DNA from: Lingula anatina
Lineage: Eukaryota; Animalia; Brachiopoda
Assembly (NCBI GenBank): GCA_051362555.1
Contig: CM120645.1
Span: 7,068,001-7,132,000 of the forward strand
DNA: 64,000 nt
Direction of reading: 5' to 3'
The translations under genes and the position numbers were made by a program. The notes under the pieces are model-generated. The model was given only the letters and a program-made list of their open reading frames with translations. It was not told the origin of the DNA and did no database searches. Shown here piece after piece: positions 37,695 to 51,679 of this stretch (positions are counted from its first letter, which is position 1; each line of letters begins with the position of its first letter).

Positions 37695-40600
37695 CTACAA
37701 AGAGTTGGCAGAATTCTCCATACAACACCTTCCGTACAGAGAAATCTTAATTCTACTTAACAGCCACAAGATAACATGAAACGTTGTCATGGCAACGATG
37801 ACTAAAGCTACAACTACCGATGTTCTGGTGGGGTTGTTCCAGTCTAGAACGCCCGGGTATAGTACGTTTTTCTGATGGTCAAATGACCAGTATATAGCCG
37901 ACCATGCCACGTAGACAAGACCATATATAAACGCGTGGGTGAAGTGTAATATTCGTACCGGGTAAGCTGCCAGGCATAACTCTAGGAAAACCAAGCAAGT
38001 GTTCACTGCGTGCAACTGGATGTCCACTAGAAATTCGATAGTGTCAGTGTTTTTGCTATTATCCTGCTTTAGAGGGTATAGCATTGCGTAATACAGGGCT
38101 GTTATTATTGGGGCCGCTACTTGGTTTATGTTCATCAGAACCCATGACATCTTTGAATACCATTTGACTCTGTCCACGTGACATCCAGTTCCGGTGAAAT
38201 CAACCAATGATACGTCAGTAGTTGCGCCGTGGGGATCATAAATTGCAGCAGATGATGACGCGCCATTAGCAACGGTCTCATTAGACTTTACAAGGTTTGA
38301 GTTGACCGAAAAAGCTGAGTTGATTGTACCTAAGACTAGGTTTGGTGTCGGCTTTTCATTGGTTTGTAGCTCCGTGCCGGTTTTCTTCATTTTCTTGCGC
38401 GGTAGATTTGAAGATGATTGGCCGTAATTCGCCACTGTGATTGCAGCGGCGAGCATCAAATGGACCACCAATAGTATGTAAGTCCATATCGTTAAGTATA
38501 CGAGGGTAAAATGACGCCCCGTGGTCCTGGAAGATCGTGATGCGACGAACACAAACCAGAAGAAAGCGTAGCAAGCGACGATGATCCGGTACAGGAGGAA
38601 AATACATTTCGGAAAAGGCCACTGAAAAGGAGAAATTACTTTTTTTTAAATAGAGAGTTCATTTCAAACTTAAAATATATTTGAAAAAACCTACAATATT
38701 TATTAAAAAATTCAAAGAAGGTCCTATTTTTCGACGGCGCTGGAAGTGCATGAGTATACAAGTGCTATCAAGAGTAGAAGTGGGTAACAAAAGTAATGAA
38801 AGCTAATGATATAAAATTCATTTTATTCCTGACAACACGTGAGCTCGATTCTTGTAACGCTTGCGTTCCCGGTAGATACAGTATATGTTACAAAAGCCTC
38901 ATGCATAAACCCTGATAAAAAACCGGTCGTCGAAATATAGGATTTGCTTAGATTTTAGTGCATTAAAATTATAAATCCCCGTGCTACATGTGTTTGCAAT
39001 CACATGTATATGCTCGTGATCGTTGTATAACTCACGTGAAAGCACGTGTTCAGTTGATAAATCATAACACAAACCCGCTGTCAGTCAATTCGTCATCTTT
39101 ATCGGTCATCATCTTTATCGGCCAATAACTTAAAAGGGTTATGTGGTTGACTTAAACATTGTCAAAGTATATTCTGATTAACCTAGAGGACATTAACCTG
39201 ATAAAGCTCGCTTTAAGTCTGCGCGCCTATATAATACCTGTGTATGATTAATTTGTAACATTTTATCTTATCTTGAATAACGTTCCTATATAGCGTTTAT
39301 GTGTAATTAATATATAATCTATTAAAATTAAATGCCAAATGTTATCTTGGAAGGCATCCTGTATATTCATTCAAAAAACCGGTTGTAAATGATATCGGTT
39401 GTTTGTTGAATTTCGGTCAATCAGACCTAAAATTTTACAGTTAAGATATCATTGTATGGCTCTTGCTAATCTCAAGCAGCGGGGCAAAGGACATCATACT
39501 TATCATACTTTAAATAAACGAAAATCGTGTTCCGGCCCACGCGATATATGCTGAAGAATTCTGAATGAAAGAAACACAAGGGCAATGTTTGGTCTGTTAA
39601 ATATTTTGATTAGCACTTTGCCCACCAGGGTTGACAAATGAAATATATGTGTTAAGTGAGATCTCCATGGATTTTAGGAATAAGTAGCATTCAGTCATAT
39701 TTCATTTTTAAGACATCGATTAAGGAATTGCGCTGTTTAAAACAAGGTTTTTAATTATTTTGACCAATCCTTACTTCACATTCCTTGTCTGGGCGACCAA
39801 TGCAAAACTGGGTGGATTTCAGAGTATGTAATTTTTTTACAAGAAATCAGCTACCTGTATTTAACTATGCGTTTTCTTTATCATTGCAATTGTTTATGTT
39901 CACCAAGACCTCAGTGAAACCATTCCAGTAAAACCATCGGTCCACGTGCATCGATCTAATTCCATGGGGACTCTCGCTGAATGCAATCATATTTACAGAT
40001 TAACACGACTCCACCTGGCGATGAGAAATGCTGGTGAGTACTTTGGAAAAAAAGAGGAGATGTGTTAATCTGCTAAACTGATTGCATTCAGAGAGATAGT
40101 CCCCGCGGAGCTGGATCGATAAACGTAGACCGATAGTGTCATTGGGTATTAGCCCTAATACGTTTTATTTTAAAAAATGCTTCAGCATTATCTTATTAAA
40201 TGTCTTAACGCGTTTAAAATTTAAGCGTTCAAAATGTCTCCGCTGAAATGCTGGACCTCTCCCGAGAAAGACAAGCATTTTTTATCTTTTATTTCTAGTT
40301 GCTCATCCGATAACAACTGTTTAAACAAAATATGTCAGTGACAACGTGGACTTTGAAAGTTTGGAGTGAGTATCAAAATATTGACTTGATATACGAGATA
40401 TTCGTGCAGTAGGCATTGGGTGACATGAAAGAAATATTTAATTCTGACGGAAAAGTCCATTTATTTTCCAAGAATTCATCGTACAGACCTTTTTTGGATG
40501 TAACAAATATATACTAGTAATATTTCGTAGGCCCCTATATGTGAAATCATAACAAAGACCTTAATGAGTAGACTTATATCTATATATGAGACGTACGCAC

Positions 40601-41059
40601 GCGTACAGTTGGGATAAAATAACAACATGCCACTGCAATCATGCATTTTTGGGGACACTACAATCTGACAGTTCTATATATTTTCCTTTAGCATTGATTT
40701 TACATTAAATAAGGGTGAGAATCTACACACATGTACAAGTTGAACCGCGATTTGACCCCCGCCCCCCCTACTCAACAAAGTTTTACTACCAAAGGGTTTT
40801 TTATGAGGTATAAACTGGGGGCTCCGTGAAGGACCACTTTAATAGCCTTTACACTGCTCTTTTATACACCGGTTTATATATTAGAATTTACTTCTATGCC
40901 TAATTAGAAATAGCCATTGTCATTTGCAATTGTATCCCTGAGTAATACATATGAGTAATATACACCCACCTGGCATCTGAAAAAACACTGGTTTGACGAG
41001 TGGCTGAGGCCGAACTTTTTTACCCTGAACTCTTCTCGGAGATCTTGAATAAAACCCAT
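37695..41059 (-). CDS. Protein rolling stone-like, copy B, 338 aa
   Basis: Exon 1 41059-40970 (MGFIQDLREEFRVKKFGL...FFRCQ) plus exon 2 38621-37695 (WPFPK...). Motifs YLTIWTY, HAVNT, PVRILHF and LYPGVLDWNNP; same intron position as copy A. Confidence 0.9.
39936..40134. repeat. Imperfect long inverted repeat (foldback) in the intron of rolling stone copy B
   Basis: ~78-bp arms: ATCGGTCCACGTGCATCGATC...GGGGACT...CTGAATGCAATCA...CAGATTAACAC pairs with GTGTTAATCTG...TGATTGCATTCAG...AGTCCCC...GATCGAT..ACGTAGACCGAT. Confidence 0.85.
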
Positions 41060-42506
41060 TGCCGGGAATTACTTTCCTTTTCTCGGGTAAAAAATTATCC
41101 TAGTAACAATCCCTCAATGTTCCTATCCTTTCCAATCGCACCGGTCTAGTCAACGAAAACGGCAGGGTTGTTGTCGGAGGTGTCTGTGCGCCTACACCGT
41201 ATTATACGGGTCTTGCTGCTGTATGTTGACAAGCCCTGGAGTCAAGGAGCGTACCACCTCGACTTTTATTGCCCTAGACCTTTACTGATAAGGTGAGGCG
41301 GTTATCTGGTTTAAATAACTCTCCATGGAACGCTCAGACGATATGGCACTGTTGATGCGGGCGTGCGTGCGCACGTGCATATTTTTTTTTAATTTGAGTG
41401 TGTGTTTGTTTGTGCGTGTATGTCTGATGTGAGTGCTTTTGAGTACGAATATGTTTTCCATTTGACTTTGTGGTTGTGTTAATACAATGCTAACCATTTT
41501 ATTTCAATCGGCTATGTTTCGAGGAGAAAAAAAGGGAAAAAATGAACTTTTGTAAATTGCCTCATCTGCATAATCATGGCATCTACCTTGGCATCTATCT
41601 TTAGATCTTCCACTGATTTATGTTATAAAATATCAATTTGCAAGGTACTGGAATAGTGGTGAACATCATCAAGGTAACAAGAGATACATAGGAACCGATA
41701 TTATTGCATGTATTTACACTGCATAGCAAATACACACACCATGTGTTGCATGGTGTTTCCAGTAATAAACTAAAATTGATCGAGATTGAAAAGTGTATAT
41801 AATTTCGAACAAAAAAGAAGTACTCTTGATACGGTGTTTAATATTTGCGTACAATTAAGAAAAGTAAAAATGGACAAAATTTACATAATTATCTTACATT
41901 CAAGTTCATACGATGTAGCCTAATTAGGAAATATAAATGCTATAAAAGCCTACATGTACATGCATTTAATAGTTTCTTGAGATGCAGAGTTCAGGAAAAA
42001 TTGTGTAGAAATCAGACTTTTTAACTTTGTATTTTACCGACCTTGGACACAAGAAAACTAACACAAATCAGGGTGTATTTTCATATGTCTAAAGAAAATG
42101 GCGTGTAAGTGCAAATACCAATTTTCAGCTACATGTACGTCTTTGGTGCATGATCTTTCAGCATGTAACAAAACGGGGAAATGTCCCATTTATCCGACAG
42201 TAAACTGAGATTAATTCAGATTACCTCATTAACTAATGCTGCCAACATAATTTAAAATTCTGAAAAACATCGACAATAATGTAATACAATTGATCACAAA
42301 CATTATGCATAACAAAATCTGTTCTACCTACTACTTTGACTTAAAACTGCTTTTCTCTAACTACATGTACAAAGTCGATCCCTTAGTTTATAAACTATTA
42401 TCTTTAAACAGTTTCTAGTAGAGATTATGCAGTTAGAAAACAGTTCTTTCTTCGTAGTCAACGTTCTTGCCGTTTCGTTCAACGGCACACCAGCAGGCAT
42501 TAATGT

Positions 42507-45500
42507 CTATATACCAGCTTTGACCACATCCGGGTCTCTTCGCTTTGTGAGACACAGGGCGAAATTTCCAATAATGTGTAGGATGACGGCACCGGTTACT
42601 AAGGCGATCCAAACTGTTAGCGCATCGGTGCCCAAGCCTTGATGTCCAGGGATTTCCAGGGCGAAATTTTCGTGTTCGTCATCATCTAAAAGTTAAAAGG
42701 TAAATAGTAAGGAAAAGTGTCAAAGTTTGAAGAATTTGTCCTGTTGATGTCTTTTTAGGGGCCTACTTAGAAATCATTCATAACATGGAAGTATGAGATG
42801 CAAGGATCTCCATGTTATCTACTATTACAAATCAACATCTTAGCCGTCAACTTATTCATCTTTTAAACTTTTAAATTGTATCAAAATTATATTTCAGAAA
42901 AGTTAAAAGTTCATGCATGGTCAACTTTGTGGTGTGAGTCCTATTTACCAATGCTACGCCGCCGTCTTCCAACGGGTGTTCCAATGCAGCGATAGCTTCC
43001 ATACGTATTGAGACACGTTTGTCCAGCAGAGCACGGACTTGAAGTAGCACATTCGTCTTCGTCTGAAATGGAAAATGTATGTTGATGATACAAACATATA
43101 TATATATATATTTTTTTTTTTCTATAACTGTTCCATTCGTTTGAAAGATTAGACGGTATAACTTTGGAAAAAGGTGCTTACAATTTTAAGTTACCAAAGT
43201 TAAGAAATGGCATAAAAGCCATATCGGTACTTCTGGCATTCGGCTCCACCCCATGTATACGTTTTGTTTCACCCGAAAAATGCTGCTCATTTGGGATACT
43301 GGAATTTTAAATCAACATTAAGTAAAAAAAAAAATAAATAAGAAGTTTAAAATTCGGTTACCTAGGCAACTGTGTCCGTCGTCGGCCAGAGTGAATCCTG
43401 TACGACACGTGCATATGTAACTTCCAACGGTGTCAGTGCAGTTATGGTGGCACCCGCCGTTATTCGTGTTACACTCGTTGTCATCTGAAATTTATCAAAA
43501 TATAAAATCCTCAATAATTTGTTCTGACTGACTTAATGCATAAGATATTGTTGAAGTTTTCAGATTTTTTACTATATAAATGTCTAGGTCTATTTAATGA
43601 CTTAAAGCATCGGTTACATACTTACTGGCACAGTCGGTTCCGTTTACAGATACAGCCACGCCGTTTATATGACAGATGCACTGGATACCAGCGTCCAAGG
43701 TATGAATGCAGTTGACATTTTCAACTAGAAAACAATGAAGGCTGTGGAATAGGATTTCATACAATAAAATGAAACACCAAATTTGTTACAGGGCGTAAAT
43801 ATGTTTTTAGCCAAAGTGCACATGACGCCCACATGTAGGCCTACATAAATGACTTATTAGTTAATCCTGCATTAGTAAAAACCTTGTATGATCTATTACT
43901 ATTAGGCTTAACCATACATACAGAGATGCAACCTGATGACAGAGTTCAGTAGGGCCTACCTGTTCTAACGACATTTACCGTACATGTATAATATATGTGT
44001 ATTGTTTAAAATGATGGACACAGCCATTTGAGAGTACTATACTTACTGGTGCATCCTGGTATGGTGAGAGGAACCAGTTTGAAGCCAGTCTCACAGAGGC
44101 AGCAGTAGCCGTCGTATATGTCCACGCAAATATGGGAACAATTGCCATTGTTGTCCAGACATTCATTGATGGCTGGTGAACAAATACATAACTATTAGGA
44201 TACAAAGACATATCGAATAAATCAAATTCTGGGGGCTTAAAAAGAATCTTTAAATATACATTTGTGAACTAAATTTCTAACTGCGCATCAAAACGAAGTG
44301 CGCTTTTTATATTTTTGATTTTTTTAATAAATGATAAACGTATACTGACAAGTCCTGTCTATTCATGCACTTATATGAAGAATATATCGTTTGACAACAT
44401 CGTAATGCAGTTACCCTAAATATATCATAAAGGCAACTATTCCAAGGTGAAAATAACCACACCATGAAAGTGTATCCTAGGAAATTGCTTTTTTTTCAGT
44501 CTGTGTGTGAATGAAAACCATATATACAGCTTACCGTAGGGAGATGCTTGTCCAGGTGGCCCGGGGGGTCCCGGGGGTCCTCCTGGTGGTCCTGGGGGTC
44601 CGGGTGGACCCTGGGGGCCCAAAGAGCCAGATGGTCCAGTAGGTCCAGTGTCTCCTGTAATTCCTTGAACGCCGGGTTGACCGGAAGTGCCTGGCATTCC
44701 AGTGTCTCCTTGACGACCGTTTGCACCAGCGGCACCTGGCGTGGAATAATAATAAATTTAGACTTTGTCTAGGTAGCCCAATATCCGAAATATCCCCTTT
44801 CACCTATCTGGCATTTAAAAAGTCATCATTATTATTAAAAATAATAGCATTATTATTTTTGTAATTTGGAGCGTAAGCTAATTGTTATGAGATCTTATGA
44901 AAAATGTTCCATGATTTGTCATACATGCCCCCCCCTTTGTGTGATATTAGAAAAAAGAACTACCAGCATTATTTCCAATCACGATTCACGTGATAACAGT
45001 TGTCTACATTTGTATTCAAAGATCTGAGTCTGAGGTGACCACGTTTTAATATTAAGTCAGAAATACATGTATTAACGCGATATTCTTGGTTAGTGGGATA
45101 TGTAGAATATAAACAATTTATCAATAAATAATACGAAGAACATTATCAATATTTATAACACGTCAAATCAAAGTTCATGACTTTAAATGTAATCTCTTTC
45201 AAATACGAAAACAGGACCATTGGTATGTACCTGTGATTCCAGTGATACCGGTCTGTCCAGTTGGTCCAGTCTGACCAGCTGGTCCAGTGAGACCAGCGAT
45301 ACCTGTAAAGGAAAACATTAATCATAATGGCTAGTTCCAGCAATGCATGGGAAATCTGGTGCCCTTTTTTGGGTCACATACTGTACATTCACAATAACCA
45401 CTTTGATAAATTCAGATTTAATATGGGCAAGTTTAAGTAAGAGAAACTCTTGGCCAAAGTAATGTTTATAATGATAGATAGATTGTCATTGAATTATAAC

Positions 45501-48500
45501 TAATGCCTTTATTAAGAAATAGATAAAAACAATAATTATGACAATACGGCATAATTCTTAGGTATGTAATGAAATACTTGATTCACCATAAAATTCACAA
45601 CTCATTTAAAAGTTGTGTTTAAATTCTGCAGTTAATTGATATTTATCATTTTGCTGTCCCTGTTACACTTATAACCATTTTAACCATATAATTATGCCAT
45701 AATAACCATGATAAACCATATAAATAGACATTTGTGTCAATATTTACCTTGGACTCCAGTCGCTCCCACGGGGCCCTGTTGGCCCTGTTCTCCTTTGACT
45801 CCTTGTGGCCCCTGTGGCCCGGTTGGCCCCAATGACCCTGTTGGGCCCTGTGAACCCTGACCGCCCGTTACTCCTATCTCGCCTGAAAAATGATATTTTA
45901 CAGGTCAAAATTTTTGTCACACTGAAAGATGAACTACGAAAAGCAGTCAGTGTTTTTTTTATCATAGTGCCATGTGCTGTAAAAATCACCCAGCCCATTG
46001 GTATTAAAGGTGTTTCATGTATAATAGAATCAAATGTATCTAATAACGTATACTGTGGTTAGATATTTCGCCACTTTTTTCATAACCTTTTCCAAAGAAA
46101 CAGTTGCTTTATTTAGAAGGCTGGTCTGATGACATGCTTCATATCTTTTCTGTGTAAATGTTGTACTATAGAATCAGAAAAGCTTTATCTTCTACTCCAT
46201 CTTTAATGAATCGACAAAACATTCAAAATAATGACAAATATGTTCTAATGAAAAATTTAAAAACGTCAGTTTACAGGAAGGCACGGAAATTTGGATACCT
46301 TTCTGTCCCTTCTGCCCGGCGACTCCTTGACTGCCAGTAGGTCCAGTTTGACCCGTCTGTCCAGTAACTCCCTGTGGTCCTTGCGAGCCTGGAATACCAG
46401 CGTCTCCCTGAGGTCCGCGCTGCCCAGTATTACCCGTGGACCCCGTGGCACCGGGCGGGCCCTGCAGACCCACGGCTCCTTGATCTCCCTTCTGGCCCTG
46501 TATCCCGTTTTCTCCCTTAGGCCCTGCCGGACCCATGGCCCCTGTTGCTCCGGGGCTACCGGCATCACCTTTTATGCCGACCCCAGTTTCACCACGCTCT
46601 CCCTTCTGGCCCTGATCTCCTTGGACGCCCTGGGGTCCGGCCACACCCTGGGGTCCGGCCACGCCACGGGGACCTGGGGAGGTGGCACAAGAAAATGACA
46701 TTAAATTAAGCTACAGGGTTACTACTTAATATGGAATATTTTTTATAATTGTTATTTTTGAGTGCTGATTAAATATTTTTTGGCCTGATTCATCAAAAAA
46801 GTATATCACTGAGTGAGAAAAACATCCAGTCTTCTGTTGTGAGATATTTTGGTCAATAATATCAAATCTGACATAAGATGTCATTCAAAAGAAAAGAACA
46901 CCCCCAGAAAACCATATCAACAGTTTGATGTCAGTATTAACTTTAAGCTAAGATATTAAAGAAAATGATAGCCTCCGGACAGTGATATGTAACACAGTCA
47001 AAGAAATCATTACAGTAAATCATGAAAAGTCATCAATAGCGGGTATGACCTCCAGCAGCCGCTTGGAGCGCCCTCATCCTACATGCCATACCCTGTGACA
47101 AGTTTATTAGAGTTTGGATGGGGATATCATTCCACGCAGTGATATTTTCCTGTCGCATTTCATCACTATTTACCGGCCGATGACCATAGCTATTAATTCG
47201 CCGAGTTACTTCCGCTCACAGATTTTCAATTGGGTTCATTACTGGGGAGTTTGCAGGCCAGGGCAGTTGCTGAACCCATTGGTTTTGAAGAAAAACAGTG
47301 ATTCTGCGAGCTCGATGTGGGGTTGCACAGTCGTCTTGGTACACAAAGTTGTTCCTGAAGATGACTCTTACAAATCGAAGCATTGTTTGCTGTAGAATGT
47401 CTCTGTAGGAACCCTGGTTGAGGTTGCCGCCTAGAAAAACCAACTGGTTCTGGGCACCGGCATGGAATGCGCCCCAAACAGAGACGTTACCACCCCCTGC
47501 TTGCACCCTAGGTAGTACACAATCATCGTTTTATGCCTCTCGTACACGTCGGCGGACACGGATTCGACAGTCAACCCCCAAATTCCATATCTGGCCTCAT
47601 CACTGAAAACGACGTGATTCCAGTGTTTTGGCTGCAAACGCACGTGGTCCCCAGCCCATTGCAGACGTCGCTGTATATGACCTGCTGTTTACAGTGGTTT
47701 CCGTACTGGTCTTCGTGCAAAATAAACAGTTTGCTGTAATCTCTTGTTCACAAGGGACCTTGAAACGGGCGTTTGAAAGGCATTCTGCCACCCTTTTTTT
47801 AGGACACTGGTTGTCTTTGTACGACCAGCACTGCGCACTCTAAGGAGAAGGCGATCCTGTCTTCTTGGTGTGGTACGCGGACACCCTGGTGGAAGTATTG
47901 GAGTAGGTGCTCCTGTTGTGGCATTTGTTTGGAGGACTTTACTAACGGTTCCTGAAAAATGTTGAATTGTCTGGCAATGGCTGTCCGTTTCTAGACATTT
48001 TCTCTGAGAGCAAGAATCCCATAGTAAGCTGCGTTGCTTAGCTGTCGAACCATATCTTCTCTAAGGTACCTAACAATTTTCAGAGCGATCCCTTTGTTGC
48101 TTCTCTAAATACACTCCAAAGATTGACCAAACCCATGCGTTTTTATACAAGATCAGAAATTGCCGAAAAGACCACCCCTCACATTTCTGACCACAGAACA
48201 TGCAACTGCTTACATTAATTGTTTCGAAAGTTGCATGGTAATTAGGTAACACACCTGGCTACACATAAAGTGACACCTCAGTTTTGGATTTAAAAGAGTA
48301 AGAGAGAAAATAAATACTTTGTAGAAAATTTACTCGCCAAAAAATAATATTCCATATTAAGTAGTAACCCTGTACATATACTGTACCAGTACTGGTAAGA
48401 TGCATTTGAATGCTGTTCTAAATGGCGAATAAAATTGACTGTCAACTTCCAACATTCTGGTTTAAAAAACTGGTTTTCTGTGTTGCAGTCTATTATGTTA

Positions 48501-51500
48501 ATCAGCAGGATATTGATTGCCTCTACAGTTTACCGTATATTACAAATGTTGCTACATGTATTTGGAAATGATAACTGGGGCACTACCATTAGTGTGTGGG
48601 GGTGGTAGGCTCATGCCTTAGTTAAAACCAACCCCATAAAAATAACAGGATTGAGGACCAGGCCCAATTTAGTAGTGTACAAGGTAGATGTCTAGATATC
48701 TCTATAATGAGAACTCCAGTGAGCAAACAACTATAAAATGGATTGCGGTAGAGGTGTCTCGCCTTGCTGCATCGTGGGGCTTAAAATAACGAGTGGGAAG
48801 AACACTGCTCTGTTTAATGTGGTGGTTAGGCGTGAACTGTTTGTAGATGTTCACACACACACACTCGCGCACACGCACACACACACGTGCACGCAAGCAC
48901 ACACGCACACACGCACACACATGAAGCGTTATTTTTAAGACAAGAGCCAATATCCTAGTATGCTGCGTGTAGTGTATATTGGATTTGAACACCTACCTTG
49001 AGGACCGGGGGCCCCAGTTGCTCCATTAGCTCCAGTCACTCCAGCAGGCCCAGGGGCACCTGTCTGGCCGACCAAACCCTGTACACCCTGAATACCCCTG
49101 GCTCCTTGTTCTCCCTTGGCACCCTGGGCGCCATTTGCACCTGCACTTCCCTGGTCGCCTTTGGCACCAGCTGGGCCTTGTGACCCAGGGGAACCGGTGG
49201 CACCTTGGTAAATGTAAGTTATAACTTTTACGTTGTTTGATTTAATAATGCTACAATAATTGAGATTTAAAAATTGACATTCTGAATCTTTAAATGGGGT
49301 TGAGTGATGGGATCAGTAAACGTTTTAATAGGTGGAAGCTTGTAAAAAGCAACTTGATATTCCGATAAAATCAGTCGTATATTCCATGTAAGGAATATAT
49401 ATATTACTCTTTCTGAATATACTTTGAAAAATGAAAATAACTTACCAGGGCTCCCTGTCTGACCAACAGCTCCAGTGTTTCCAGTTTGACCACGTTGACC
49501 CTCTGGACCTGCTGCACCCTGAATGCCCTGCTCTCCCTTTTGACCAATGGCTCCGGCCGCGCCTCTGTCGCCCTTTGAACCTGATATTGAATTATACGTT
49601 TACTTCATTTATAATTTACATTTTGTTATCGTATTCATTACCTTGTTCTTTTAAAGGCACTATCGACACCGTCTTGGCTTACGATATATTTAGACGCTTC
49701 TAGCAACATGCTTTGAGGCACACTGATCTAGTGGAAAGAAAAGAACGCTCAGGGTCTAGTTACCTTAATTGTGAAATGGATCATGTTAACATGTAGTCGC
49801 TTTGTGTTTCGACAATACCTTTATCCTTATTTTTAACCAGATATATACAGGTAAGTTTTTCTTGCTTCTTTCATGGGTGTATACATGGAAGGCATCAGCT
49901 GATTCATCCCCAGTCAAAATAGACATTTTTTCCTCTGCTTGTCAAGGTCAACTTTGCGTTGCAAATAAGGTGTGGTTTCGGACCTAAAGCCAAATGAAAC
50001 ATGAAACATGATTAAGCAGTCTGATGTTACCTTGTGGTCCAACTGATCCCTGGGCACCGGCAGCACCCTGGGGGCCCACGTCTCCTTTAGCTCCCTGAGC
50101 CCCAGCGGCACCGGTATTACCAGTGCTACCAGCATCGCCCTTTTGGCCTGGGGCCCCGGCCTCACCTAGAAGTATGTACGAACTTTTGTTAAACCAGGGA
50201 TAAGAGAATGCAAAGATTGTACGTGATCAAAATATATTACTGTAGCCCAATCATTAACTCATTTTAAAACCAACCAACAAAGACTAGAAGAAAAATAAAT
50301 AATATAAAAAAACTTTAAAAGCAACGGTTTGCACAAAAGACATAAAACTTCGCTTCCGTTTTCATCCAGTTATACGCATGGTAGCTTACGAATTATTTTA
50401 TGCACAGTGTATTTATACTTCTTTCCATATTTCTTGATCTATATTTCAATCTTCCATTTTTTTTACTTTAAATTTGATAAGATTTTTGATCGATTGACTG
50501 TTTGATTGGCCGGTTTACTGAACGATTCATTGATTGAATATCAATATAACAAATACTCCATCCGGACAGCTGCAATAAAACCCGGAGCCTACCCTTCTGT
50601 CCTTGCGGCCCGGCAGCACCAGCGGGGCCACCTGGCCCGACTTGGCCCTGGATCCCCTGAATACCCTGCTGACCCTGGACCCCCTGGGCCCCTTTTTCTC
50701 CCTGGGGTCCAGCCGGCCCCGTGTCTCCAGTCTGTCCCCGCACACCCTGGACGCCTTGAAGACCGGTGTCTCCTCTCGCCCCTTGGCTACCAGGCTCGCC
50801 TTTGGATCCGGCCGGCCCTTGGGTTCCTTGGGCCCCTGTAGCACCTGGGCCACCCTGGGCACCTGGGGCTCCTACACCTTGGTCTCCTTTCTGGCCCTTG
50901 GCACCCGCGTTACCCTGTATTCCCTGCAAACCGATGGGTCCTTCTGGTCCAGCAATGCCTTGGACGCCTATATTAAAAGTGGCACCATGCACAGTTACTT
51001 ATTTCTTGGATAAACTGTCATAAGTGCAGTACATGTAGTTTCAATATCGAGTAGCATGTTTTTAGAAAATACTGTAAGTCCGTCATACAGACACCAAGTT
51101 ATCTGTTTAGGGTCCCCTTTTCTGTCTCCACAAATAAAACTATTACGTAGCTTTGTTGGATATAATTGTGTTGCTTAAATTGATTTATTTTTTACATTAA
51201 TAATATACTGCTTATCGTCCTTGACGACATACAAGTGACGTTTCCGATTTTTGCATATAAGCACTGCGCCACAAGACAAAATGGAAAACAACTTCATAAC
51301 GAATACCCACCTTTTTGTCCAGTAGCTCCAGGTTCACCTTTAGATCCCTGGGCTCCGGTTATTCCCTGAGGGCCAATAGCGCCCGGAGCTCCGTTAGGTC
51401 CAGCTGCTCCAGCGGTCCCGACCTCTCCCTTCTGTCCCTGGGCACCGTTAATCCCGTTGCTCCCTGCATTGCCTTTGTCGCCCTTCGCTCCGACTGAACC

Positions 51501-51618
51501 AGCAGGGCCTGTTTGACCTGAATTTTTAGATGGAAATGATTATAAATGTAGATTATGAATCCATATTAATTTCATTATTTAAGAATATTCCCATTGGATG
51601 CTCATACTAACATTGCTG

Positions 51619-51679
<61 letters not shown>

